Below, piece by piece: positions 1 to 10,000 of a stretch of DNA of 64,000 nt; within the stretch, counting starts at the first letter, position 1; each line of letters begins with the position of its first letter. The stretch lies in the IMG/VR virus record IMGVR_UViG_3300018427_001843. One strand, written 5' to 3'. The position numbers were made by a program, and so were the translations under genes. Source of the DNA: an uncultured virus (IMG/VR IMGVR_UViG_3300018427_001843). Taxonomy: Duplodnaviria; Heunggongvirae; Uroviricota; Caudoviricetes. Below the pieces are notes generated by a model. The model worked only from the letters and a program-made list of their open reading frames with translations. It had not been told where the DNA came from and ran no database searches.

Positions 1-1578
1 TCCTTTTATGATGTTTCATACGATGCGGGAAGAACTGAAGCGGGGACATACAAGGTTTATATAACCCTGAATGGGAACTATGCCGGAAATGGCGAAGCAT
101 CTTTCACTATAGAACAGACGCAGGGTGAAACCTCTGCCGACACAGAAAAGCCTGTCACAGACATTTCAGCCTGCCAGTTATCAGGTCCTGCTGATGCAGC
201 CTATACCGGCTCCGCTATTGAACCGGATATACATCTTATCCATGACGGGAAGCAGCTTGAACTGAACAAGGATTATACCGTCAGATATGAAAACAATACC
301 GATGCAGGCATTGCAAAAGCCATCATCGAAGGTAAGGGCGCATATTCAGGAACGCTTGAAAAGGAATTCCGCATTCTACCGAAGAAGATCTCGCCGGAGC
401 TTATCCTTTCCGAAACGAACTTTACTTATAACGGCAGCAAACAGGTCCCGTCCCTGGAGGTAAAGGCTGACGGCAAGGTCCTGGACAAGGCATCTTATGC
501 TGTTTCATCTCCGGACAAGAGCATCGATGCAGGAACATACAAAATCAAAGTAGTACTGAGCGGAAACTACGAGGGCTCGGAAAGCGCAGAATATACTATT
601 GCTCCGAAGCAGTCCAAGCCTTCACTTGTACTGTCATCTTCGTCTCTTGAATACACAGGCAGTGAAAGGGTACCGGATCTGTCCGTATATGACGGAAACT
701 ATAAGCTCAGCTCTTCAGACTATACCGTGATGTACGATTCGGGCAGGATCAACGTCGGAGAATATAAGGTATATGTCACACTGGAGGAAAATTATTCGGG
801 CAGCGCAGAAACAACATTTGCGATAACCCCGAAAAGCATAACCCCGAAAGTGATACTGTCGCTTTCTTCCGTTGACTATACGGGCAGCAGGATAACCCCT
901 GATGTTACAGTCAAAGACGGTGAAAAAGTCCTTGAAAAAGGAGATTACAATATCACGTATGATCCGGGAAGAATAAATGCTGGAACCTACAAAGTGTCCG
1001 TTGCAATGAAGGGGAACTATGAAGGAAGCGGAGAAAGCTCCTTTACGATAGCAAGGCGCCATCTTTCCCCGGAGCTAGTTCTTACCCCAAGCACCTACAC
1101 CTATGACGGGCAAAAGAAAACGCCTTCCGTCAGTGTATACTATGCCGGAAATAAAATAACCGACATCGATGTTGAGTACCCTGAAGGAAGAACAAATGCC
1201 GGAACATATACCGTAACGGCACGTCTTAACGGCAACTATACCGGCGAGGATAAGGCTACCTTTGCTATCTACAGTGCAAACAGTCCGCTGAAGGCAAAAG
1301 GAAAAACGGTCAAGATCAAATATAAAAAGCTCAGAAAGAGAAGCCAGACCATCCGATTGTCAAAGGCTATCCGTATCAGAGGTAAAGTAGGAACACTCAG
1401 ATTCAGCAAGCTTCAGGGCAACCAGAATATCAGAATCAATAAAAAAACAGGAAAAATTACAGTTCAGAAAAAACTGAAAAAGGGCACATATAAAGTTCGC
1501 ATCCTTATTCAGGAAAAAGGCAATAAAAATTACAAAATGACTTCAAGGATCGCAATCGTAAAAATCAAAGTACGCTAA
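1..1578 (+). CDS. Cell-surface repeat protein, 5'-truncated (MBG/Ig-like repeats, basic C-terminal domain)
   Basis: Frame 1 is open from base 1 into ORF 727..1578; ~77-aa repeats 'Y..GRxxAGTYxV...L.GNY.G'; Lys-rich C-terminal domain. Confidence 0.75.
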   Translation, partial: SFYDVSYDAGRTEAGTYKVYITLNGNYAGNGEASFTIEQTQGETSADTEKPVTDISACQLSGPADAAYTGSAIEPDIHLIHDGKQLELNKDYTVRYENNTDAGIAKAIIEGKGAYSGTLEKEFRILPKKISPELILSETNFTYNGSKQVPSLEVKADGKVLDKASYAVSSPDKSIDAGTYKIKVVLSGNYEGSESAEYTIAPKQSKPSLVLSSSSLEYTGSERVPDLSVYDGNYKLSSSDYTVMYDSGRINVGEYKVYVTLEENYSGSAETTFAITPKSITPKVILSLSSVDYTGSRITPDVTVKDGEKVLEKGDYNITYDPGRINAGTYKVSVAMKGNYEGSGESSFTIARRHLSPELVLTPSTYTYDGQKKTPSVSVYYAGNKITDIDVEYPEGRTNAGTYTVTARLNGNYTGEDKATFAIYSANSPLKAKGKTVKIKYKKLRKRSQTIRLSKAIRIRGKVGTLRFSKLQGNQNIRINKKTGKITVQKKLKKGTYKVRILIQEKGNKNYKMTSRIAIVKIKVR

Positions 1579-1597
1579 AAACAACATATTGAAAAGA

Positions 1598-1630
1598 GCC
1601 CACCCGGAGAGGCCAAATATCTCCGGGCCA
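1598..1630 (+). ncRNA. Pseudoknot element, A-type copy 1
   Basis: GCC-CA-CCCGGAGA-GGC-CAAATA-TCTCCGGG; homologous to the copies at 3574 and 15052. Confidence 0.55.
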
Positions 1631-1898
1631 TTGATATTGCCGAGCCTGTTCCCGGCAGCAAAAGCCAACAACCCAACATTCCCGAACGAGAACCCCGAAA
1701 GGAGCGGTCCCCAAAACGGGAGCCAAAGAAAGATGATGAAAAGAAAAACCCCTACCTTTTCGCTGCCTTTGGCAGCCATTCTTAAGCTTGCACCTCCCTT
1801 GTGAGCAAAAATGAACCTGCATAAATCGACAAAGATACGGCAGGCTCTTCTGTCACAGCACATTCAAAGTGCCTTTTGCGCTCGAATTAGTATTCCCT

Positions 1899-1945
1899 GT
1901 GAGCTACCCAAGGCTAAAGCACTTGGGGTTTCTCGCGCCAATTCT
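1899..1945. mobile_element. IS200/IS605-type palindromic remnant (PATE-like)
   Basis: GTGAGCTACCCAAGGCTAAAGCACTTGGGGTTTCTCGCGCC resembles IS605-family end hairpins. Confidence 0.5.
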
Positions 1946-2014
1946 CTAATTTCAGAAACAAAAACTAAATGCAGCGAAGACGGCTTTGCCCGATTCTCAT
2001 GTCATATATCTCCC

Positions 2015-2039
2015 CGCAGGATTCGGTCCTGCGTTTTTT
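2015..2039 (+). terminator. Intrinsic terminator
   Basis: CGCAGGA-ttcgg-TCCTGCG followed by T6. Confidence 0.65.
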
Positions 2040-2141
2040 AATGGTTTCACTTTCGTCAGTCAGACGAATTTGAGATATACAGTGTACACTTTTAAGTTAT
2101 TTTCAATTCATTAATGAAGAACAAAAGAAAGGAATTCCAAA

Positions 2142-3386
2142 ATGAGAAGAGCAAGAAAACTGATTTCTGTGCTCGCAATGATGACGCTGGTCGCAGGCTT
2201 TGCGGTAACATCATCATTTGCGGCGCCGATCGGTCCCGGCGTAGCAACGTCGACCGACACACAGATCACGGTCCCAAAGGGCGTGACCTTCATCAACGAT
2301 GATGCCGTTACATCATACGGCCCTGGCATCACCTACACTTATACAGTTGCTCCGGCGACAGTAACAGAGGGTGCCATGACAGTCAAGGATGCAGACGGCA
2401 ACAGCACAACAGTGCATGCGGGTCCGGCAGGCGGGCTCACACTTGCTTCCGGCAGTCTTGCATTCCCGTCGAGTGAAACATTCACAACGACAGCAGCAGG
2501 GCAGGAGCACACAAAGAACATTGTGATGAACGTAGATCTCACAAGATTCGCAAGAGCAGGCGTATATCGCTACGTTCTTACAGACACGACACCGAAAGCC
2601 GACCTCTTCGCAGCAGGCATCACCCGCGACGACAACTATGACGTCACAAGGTTTATCGATGTCTTCGTCAGAAGAAACGCATCCGGCAACATGGAAGTCT
2701 ACGGCTATGCCCTTAAGACTGACAACAGCAGCACAGACGGAACAGCCACACCGCCTACAGCAAAAGACCCGGGCTATGTAGCCGCTTCGGACGCTGAAGA
2801 CGGAACTCCGGCTGCAACTGACCGCTACAAGACATACAACGTGACTCTGACAAAGAACGTTTCCGGTACACTGGGCGACTTTGAGCACGAGTTCCCGTTC
2901 GCTCTCACAGTAGCAAATGATGGCAAGAATTACTATGCCGCAAAGGGCGACATCAATGCCGCCAAAGCTGCTACAGCTGATGCGCAGACATCCAAGAGCA
3001 CGACTCTTAAGCACACAGAGGTCTACACACTCGCAGGACTTTCCCCACACGCTACAGTAGCGTATCAGGAAACAAACGATACTACCGACCTCTATGCAGT
3101 AACAGCAGCCGGCTCATCCGCAGCCATCACGGTTGCCGATGACGGAAGCAAGCACTACTCGGTAGCTGCCGGAGCAGTATCCACCTATGATACAGCCAAC
3201 TCCACAACATCAGTAGCGGCTGTAGGCGCAGCGACAAACTACAGCGCTGTAACTTACACCAACACACTGGACGAAGTATCGCCTACAGGCTTCGTACAGC
3301 ACTTCGGAATGCTCATGCTGATCATGGTCGCAGCATTCGCTCTCCTGCTTGCAGGAATGAAGACAACAGAGGACGAGGAGCTTTAA
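2142..3386 (+). CDS. Backbone pilin (Spy0128/FctA-like), class B sortase substrate
   Basis: Signal peptide; 'FARAGVYRYVLT' and 'TLTKNVSG' motifs; C-terminal 'TNTLDEVSPTG' + TM; adjacent lepA and sortase. Confidence 0.8.
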   Translation: MRRARKLISVLAMMTLVAGFAVTSSFAAPIGPGVATSTDTQITVPKGVTFINDDAVTSYGPGITYTYTVAPATVTEGAMTVKDADGNSTTVHAGPAGGLTLASGSLAFPSSETFTTTAAGQEHTKNIVMNVDLTRFARAGVYRYVLTDTTPKADLFAAGITRDDNYDVTRFIDVFVRRNASGNMEVYGYALKTDNSSTDGTATPPTAKDPGYVAASDAEDGTPAATDRYKTYNVTLTKNVSGTLGDFEHEFPFALTVANDGKNYYAAKGDINAAKAATADAQTSKSTTLKHTEVYTLAGLSPHATVAYQETNDTTDLYAVTAAGSSAAITVADDGSKHYSVAAGAVSTYDTANSTTSVAAVGAATNYSAVTYTNTLDEVSPTGFVQHFGMLMLIMVAAFALLLAGMKTTEDEEL

Positions 3387-3457
3387 AAAGCCCCTCCTTT
3401 ATATTGTCTTTGTAAAGACGTCCCGCCTATGGCCCTTTCGGCTGCAGGCGGGCATAT

Positions 3458-3497
3458 GCCGGGAAGGATTATTGCGGTTCGATTCCGCAGCCCGGCA
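3458..3497 (+). ncRNA. tRNA-like minihelix, copy 1
   Basis: GCCGGG-AAGGATTA-TTGCGG-TTCGATT-CCGCAG-CCCGGC-A. Confidence 0.65.
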
Positions 3498-3573
3498 GCG
3501 TTTCATATAGCGTTGCTGCCTGCCGAAAATCCCCTCAGCCTTTCGGCATGTACAGCAGCATATTAACCTTTCT

Positions 3574-3671
3574 GCCCACCCGGGGAGGCTTTATATCCTC
3601 GGGCCATCAGGCGCGAAACGTCTGATTTTCATCAACTTTCTTGCCCCTGCGGGGAGGGCTAATTCCCCGCG
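3574..3671 (+). ncRNA. Composite element: pseudoknot A + hairpin + pseudoknot B, copy 1
   Basis: Same architecture as 15052-15142, with compensatory changes. Confidence 0.55.
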
Positions 3672-3742
3672 TTGGCGTAAATTTTCTGTCCTGACCGAAG
3701 GCGGCAGGGCATAGCTATAACAGTCACTGCAAAGGAGCAGTC

Positions 3743-4354
3743 ATGAAGATCAAGGAAATCAACAGGATACTCAGCGAGGACCGCGAAAAACTGGAAGCGG
3801 CCTCTGTATCCGAAGAAGACATCGAAAAAATAGAAAAAGAGGATAAGCGTGTCCTGAGAAAGGAAAGAAAACTCAGAAACTTCCAGCGCCTTGTCCTGTA
3901 TATCTTCATAATCTTTTTCATTATCTGGCTGTTGTTCCGTTTCGGGATCGGCATCGTATCCGCACCGAACGACGACATGCGCCCGGCATTCCACAGCGGG
4001 GACATGATCATATTTGACAAACTGACAAAACAGCCGGGCATCGATGACATAATCGCCTTTGAAAAAGGCGGGACAATGTACATTGGAAGAGTCGTAGCAA
4101 AAGGCGGCGATACGGTCGAGATCCTCGAAACAGGGGGAGTAAAGATCAATAATGCCGCATACACGGAAAACTACATCTACGAAGGGACTCTTCCGCTGAC
4201 AACAATCGAATATCCGCTGACGCTTAAAGATAATGAATACTTCGTACTGGTCGATTCAAGAGAACACGGCGAAGACTCCCGTTATTTTGGTCCTGTAAAG
4301 AAAAGCGAGATAGCAGGACGCGTGGCGGGTCTTTTCAGGCGCTCAGGCTTCTAG
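3743..4354 (+). CDS. SipA/LepA-like signal peptidase homologue (pilus chaperone, catalytically inactive)
   Basis: S26-fold motifs, but 'NDDMRP' lacks the catalytic Ser and 'YIGRV' lacks the Lys; 'DSRYFGPV'. Confidence 0.85.
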   Translation: MKIKEINRILSEDREKLEAASVSEEDIEKIEKEDKRVLRKERKLRNFQRLVLYIFIIFFIIWLLFRFGIGIVSAPNDDMRPAFHSGDMIIFDKLTKQPGIDDIIAFEKGGTMYIGRVVAKGGDTVEILETGGVKINNAAYTENYIYEGTLPLTTIEYPLTLKDNEYFVLVDSREHGEDSRYFGPVKKSEIAGRVAGLFRRSGF

Positions 4355-4369
4355 GAAAGGAGGACAGGC

Positions 4370-5635
4370 ATGAATCTGCTTGATACAGCATCAATACTCG
4401 GCCTGAAGATCCTGAAGTTCGCAACCGTGTCACTTGCATCGGTAATGGTCGTGGGAAGCTCCTATATGGCCTGGGACATGCATCATGCTGAAAAAGCAGC
4501 CTTTTCATCGTATGACCTGTCGCAGTACAGACCGCAGGTAGAAAACGGTGAGCCAGCTACTCTTGAGGATGTAGAGGAGATAAATCCCGACTCACGAGCA
4601 TGGATCACGATATACGGGACGCATATCGACTATCCCGTAACACAGGGACGCGACGACCTCGAGTACGTAAATAAGGATATTTACGGCAAGACATCGCCAA
4701 CAGGCTCGATATACCTGACATCTCAGAACAACAGTGACTTTTCCGACCCGTACAACCTTATGTACGGGCATCACATGGATAACGGCGCTATGTTCGGAGA
4801 TGTCGACGCATTTCAGAATGCGGGCTTTTTCAATTCGCATACAAAAGGCATTCTGGTCACAAAAGACCAGGTATACGACCTTGAACTGTTCGGCGCAGTA
4901 GAGGACTACGCCTATAACAAGACTATCTATAACCCGAAGCGTACCGGTCTTGCCATAACGGACTTCGTTGCGGCAAACGCCGTGCAGAAAAGAAATGTCG
5001 GGAATATCAGCAAGGTACTGGCTCTTTCCACCTGCGACTACGGCAGGACCAACGGAAGAGACCTGGCCTTCTTTAAGGTCACTCCGCACGAGGGTGATTA
5101 CCATACATACATTCCGGATGAAAGGCCGCCTCTGGTCGGGCACGGCGACGACTACTGGGCGCTTCTTAATCTGCTGTGCATGATAGTAACATGCTACAGC
5201 TTCCTGCCTCTTCATGCGCTATTTTCCAAATACAGAAGAAAGCCTGCCATGAAGGCCAGAAAATCCGTTCTGGAGGGCGAAACAGGCAAAGAGAGGCCGA
5301 TCACCCTCGGAGACAAAATGTCCGCCTGGATCAAAGATAACGGCCTTGACGACCCGCTCGGAAGAAAGGACGAGGATCCAAAACTGCCGTTTGACACAAA
5401 GCGCTTCGGCAGAAAAACATCCTTTGGAACCCTCGCAGAGCTTCTTATAGCGCTCGGCTCGGTAATAGCCTTTATCCTGACGGAAAACATGAGGCTGCCG
5501 ATTCGGATCATAGACGAATGGACGCCTCTTATGCTGCTTCTTTTGTTCCTCGCCTGGCTCGCAGATGTCAGGCTGCTTCGTCTGTCAGCAGATGAAGAGG
5601 AGGGCGAAGAAGAGCAGAATCCGCTGATTGAGTAA
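4370..5635 (+). CDS. srtB: Class B sortase with C-terminal multi-TM extension
   Basis: 'IDYPVTQG', 'YGHHMDNGAMFG', 'LSTCD..R'; about 3 C-terminal hydrophobic helices. Confidence 0.85.
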   Translation: MNLLDTASILGLKILKFATVSLASVMVVGSSYMAWDMHHAEKAAFSSYDLSQYRPQVENGEPATLEDVEEINPDSRAWITIYGTHIDYPVTQGRDDLEYVNKDIYGKTSPTGSIYLTSQNNSDFSDPYNLMYGHHMDNGAMFGDVDAFQNAGFFNSHTKGILVTKDQVYDLELFGAVEDYAYNKTIYNPKRTGLAITDFVAANAVQKRNVGNISKVLALSTCDYGRTNGRDLAFFKVTPHEGDYHTYIPDERPPLVGHGDDYWALLNLLCMIVTCYSFLPLHALFSKYRRKPAMKARKSVLEGETGKERPITLGDKMSAWIKDNGLDDPLGRKDEDPKLPFDTKRFGRKTSFGTLAELLIALGSVIAFILTENMRLPIRIIDEWTPLMLLLLFLAWLADVRLLRLSADEEEGEEEQNPLIE

Positions 5636-5724
5636 ACACGCTATATCTCAGGAAAAATCAGAAACCGCAACTACGATACTTCAAGATAAGCCGTAACAAA
5701 GTCAAAAACTTAATCGGAAAAGCA

Positions 5725-6246
5725 GTGCTTGCGCTTTGTCTTATAGCGGTTGCTTTTATTTGCGGACGAGGCTCCGTACTGTTCAAGGAAACAAAAACGG
5801 ACTCATACGCCGACACTATGCCGGTCGAGGAGAATGCGAATGTTGAAGAGGCTACAGAAGTAGCAAAGCGCTATCTGGAGGCTGCGCCGTATTCCAAAGA
5901 TGGCCTGCTCGAAACCCTACAGGAGAACGAGTATTTTTCGGAAAGCGCCGCCAGCGAAGCCGTAAACAATCTGGATACAGACTGGCAGAAGCAGGCGGAG
6001 CTATCAATAGAAAGACACCTGAATGCAGACGGGATATCCGAGAAAAAGCTGCGCGAATATATGGAGGAAGAGAAGTTTACTCCCGAGCAGATAGATTCCG
6101 CCATAGAAGCGGTCTCTCCCGACTGGCAGCAACAGGCGCAAATGAAAAAAGAGGCTCTCAGCGCGGCAGGGGTTGAGAGCGTCAACATACCTGCAACCCT
6201 GCTTTCTCTCGGCTTTAGGCCGCAGGACGTGAAGGATCTGTACTGA
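5725..6246 (+). CDS. Ltp-family (host-surface lipoprotein repeat) membrane-anchored protein; start uncertain
   Basis: 'AKRYL...YSKDGL..L...EYFS..AA..AV..L..DW..QA' repeated 2-3 times; N-terminal hydrophobic segment. Confidence 0.65.
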   Translation: MLALCLIAVAFICGRGSVLFKETKTDSYADTMPVEENANVEEATEVAKRYLEAAPYSKDGLLETLQENEYFSESAASEAVNNLDTDWQKQAELSIERHLNADGISEKKLREYMEEEKFTPEQIDSAIEAVSPDWQQQAQMKKEALSAAGVESVNIPATLLSLGFRPQDVKDLY

Positions 6247-6249
6247 AAA

Positions 6250-6972
6250 ATGACCCCGAAGAAGAGAAGAGCGCCAGTTCGCGCGCTGAGCCTGCTTTTT
6301 CTGGCAGGCGTTATTTATTTTATGCTGTCCGGCTATATGGACGTAAGGATCACAAATGCCGAAGACCCGCCCGGCAATGTTGTAGCAATAGACAGGGCAT
6401 ACGAACTGAATGAACGGGCTCTTGAGCTGTCTCTGTCTGAGAATGAATCAGGCAGGATCGACCTGGAATCAATGCTTCCGACAGATGAGGCACGCATATT
6501 CCGGTATGAATTCTATGCAAAGAACCCTGCAGTATCCTTATGCTATTCGCCGAGATTCACAATGCTCGGCTATGCCCCGGATGCTTCTTACTGTACGGGG
6601 TACAGAGTATCGTTTCTATCAGAAGACGGAGGAAAGACCAGATATGAAGAGGTGCGGGCCGTTACAGACTCGTTTATAGAAGAATTAAGCAGACGCACAG
6701 ACAGAGAAAAGATAAAGGAAGCTGCGAGCTGGATAAAAGACAGATGCAGGTATGCAAAAAATCCGCAGGACCTGTGGAGCGAAAGCATGTACGGATGTCT
6801 TGTAAAAGGGGAGGCGACATGTCTCGGCTATTCTGAAGCCTTCCTGTATCTTATGGACCGACTGGATGTCCCTTGCTACATAGAGTGCAACAAATACCAT
6901 GCGTGGAATACCGTGTATGACGGGACGAAATGGATCAGCGTTGATCTGACGAAAGCTCAGCCTGTTGACTGA
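6250..6972 (+). CDS. Transglutaminase-like domain protein
   Basis: 'ATCLGYSEAF', 'HAWNTV', 'VDLT' give a Cys-His-Asp triad; N-terminal TM. Confidence 0.8.
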   Translation: MTPKKRRAPVRALSLLFLAGVIYFMLSGYMDVRITNAEDPPGNVVAIDRAYELNERALELSLSENESGRIDLESMLPTDEARIFRYEFYAKNPAVSLCYSPRFTMLGYAPDASYCTGYRVSFLSEDGGKTRYEEVRAVTDSFIEELSRRTDREKIKEAASWIKDRCRYAKNPQDLWSESMYGCLVKGEATCLGYSEAFLYLMDRLDVPCYIECNKYHAWNTVYDGTKWISVDLTKAQPVD

Positions 6973-7068
6973 GAAAAATGCCAACATATCCGCTGCCGGA
7001 TGGAAAAGCAGCGGATCATAACACCCCTGACTAGAAGGGCCCGAGCCGGGCCCGGGGAGGAAAGAAAG

Positions 7069-10000
7069 ATGATGAGAAAAACAGTAGTAATAATGGTATC
7101 GATTTTCCTGATACTTCAGGCATCGATACCTGTATGGGCCGAAGACGATGTAAGCTTCGACCCCATGTCCGCTGAAGCGGCAAGCGAAGAAGTTATGGAA
7201 TCTTCCACCGAAGCAGAAGAGGCTCCGATAAATGTGGAGGAGAAAGAAACGGCTGAGACAGCTGAAACGGCCGAGACAGCCGAAGAATCTACGGCCCCGG
7301 AAAAGACCGAAGAAGAAGTCACAACAACGGACGATGCCGTTGCAGTAGAGGAAATAGAAGAAGCTCCTGCCTATGTTCCGGAGCTGACCTATAAAAGCAA
7401 AGACTTTACAATAACAGCGAATGGTCAGTTTGAAGAGGGGACCGAGCTTGTTGCTGAGCCTCTCGACCCGGAAAAGGACGATCTTGAGCAGTATGAGAAA
7501 GACACGGCAGAGAAGGTAAAAGAAGACCTTGACGAGACCGTAAAAAACATTGATCTGTATGACATCTACCTTCTGCACGGCAGCGACAGATTTGAACCGT
7601 CTGAAGAAGTGACCATAACGATCACATACAAGAAGAAAATGGACGCGCCTGATCGTATGCGCATTGTGCATTTCAAGGAGGAAGAAGACAAAGAAGAACC
7701 TATCATCCTCGAAACCGAAACATCGGACAAGGAGATAACATTTGCTACTGACAGCTTCTCCATATATGCAGTAGTAGAAATAGAAGAGCCGGCACCCCCT
7801 GAATATACTCCTGCAGAAGCTGTCACGGAACTTGACGGAAACGACTACATCCTTTCGGTAACAAAAAATAATACGTCAAGAACTTACTACTTCCAAGACA
7901 CCATAGCCGAAGGAAACAAGATCGCAAAGACCAACGCGAACGACATACGTTCAGCCGCCGCGTGGTCCTTCGAAAAGGTCAGCGGATCAGAGAACAAATA
8001 CGTGATCTTTCTCAAGGGAGAGGGCGGAGCCCGCACCTATATGTGCATGAACGATTCGGGCAACATGTCCCTGTCGCAGAACGCGGGAACCGAATTCACC
8101 ATTGAGCTCTACAACAATCAGAGCGGCAAGTTCTACATCTATAAGGCCGTCGGGACAAGCAAATACGGCCTTAACATGTTCGGCGGTGAAAGCGGGAAAG
8201 GATTCGCAGGCTGGAGCGGCAAGGACGACGGAAGCGCGATAATGATGGCAGAGGTCCCGGAAGAACCCGAACAGCTCGAAGAGCCTGCTAAGGAAGATAA
8301 AGCGCTGACAAAAGATCTTGAGTATAAAGATGATAAATGCAGTGCCCGGCTCGAAAGCAGCGAAGGCTTTGAGGAGGGCACGTCTCTTTGCGTGAAAGAA
8401 ATCGATAAAACATCAGATAAGTATGGAGACTATCTGATGCAGAGTACAGATGTGACCGGCCTTTCTGCCGGGCTGACGTTCTGCAGGATATTTGATATAT
8501 CCCTTATAAAGGACGGAAAAGAAACGGAACCGGACTCAACAGTCACCGTAACGATAAAGCTGAACGAAAGACTGGACTCTCCGCAGGTCGTCCACTTTGA
8601 AGGAGACAACGAGGAGCCTACAGTCCTGGAAGCCGAAGTAAGCGGAAAGAAGATCACATTTGAAACAGACAGCTTTTCCGCATATTCAATTGTTGAAGGC
8701 CCTGATCCGGCGAATCTCGGCCTTGAAAAGGTCATGGATATCGATGACCTGACAACGACATCTTTCTACATGAGCCATTCAGCTGGTTATTTCTTCACGA
8801 ACCAGCCGTTCAATATCAACAACTCGCGTAAGGGCGTGAAAAAGACTCAGCTGACCGAGAATCCACTGGAGGCTGCAAGCAAATATACATTCGAGGATGC
8901 CGGAAACGGCAAATACTACATCTATTGCATCGGAACATCCGGCAACAGGCAATATCTCAGAAATAACAGTAATAACAGCCTGCTTTTTTCTGATACGCCT
9001 GTCACGGCTTTCACCGTGGAACTGAAAGAGCCGGGCATAATCCTGATACATAACGGTAACTGGTATGTAAATATGCAGGGAGGCGTAAACGGAAAAGCAT
9101 TTGCCTGCTACGGCACGAATGCCGCGTCCGACGTCAACAGTCAGCTCTGCCTCTGGACAAAGGAAGATATTACATCAGATCCGTATGGCCTTTCAGGCAT
9201 GACCTACGGTCTTATGCGTTATACCGGCGGCTCGCTCGGAAAAGCCATGATGGGCAATTCCGACGGAACGAGTCTTGACGCAGAGATCCTTCAGGTGATG
9301 TCAAAAGAGTCAGACAGAAACGACCACATTTACGTACCTCAGGACAGCGACATTTCGATGTGGACGTTCGAATGGGCGGACAACGACAACTACTATCTAA
9401 CATCGGAAGGCAAATACCTCTGCATCGATGACGGAAAAGTCACGATGTCGGATGATCCGGTAGCGGTCACCGTCATCCCTGGAAATGGAGACTACAGCGG
9501 CAGGATCCGCATTTCTTCCGGAGACGAAAGCATAAAATACGGAGGAAGCCTCGATGCGGGATTCATCGCAGCTTCGGACATAAGCAGTGATTCCTGGCTG
9601 TATCTTGTAGAAGAAACGCCGCTTACTCCTGAATACAAGATGACATATACCGCCAACAAGGTAAGCGTCTCGGATACCGTGAATGTAGCCAACGGCAAGC
9701 AGGTAGTCATCTATACAAGAGAGTGGAACAGAAGGCTCAAGAAATACGAGTTCTACGCCATCGACCATGACGGCACTCTCGTCCCTTGCACAGACACAGG
9801 CGACACGATCCAGTGGATCGGAAACGCCATGAATACACTGCTCTGGGATTTCACTGAATACTATTACGAAGACACTACGACGCCGAACCACTATTACGAT
9901 CTTCGCAACGCATATTCCGGCAAATACCTTGCGCCGCAGGTTGAGGGAGGGCAGATACTGTCCGACTCGCCTATAGGCGTAAACATGTCCGGAAGACGTT

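Noticed and set aside
3600..3645. Hammerhead ribozyme on the minus strand (TTGATGA + stem)
   Set aside because: Core is not CUGANGA and no GAAA follows the stem
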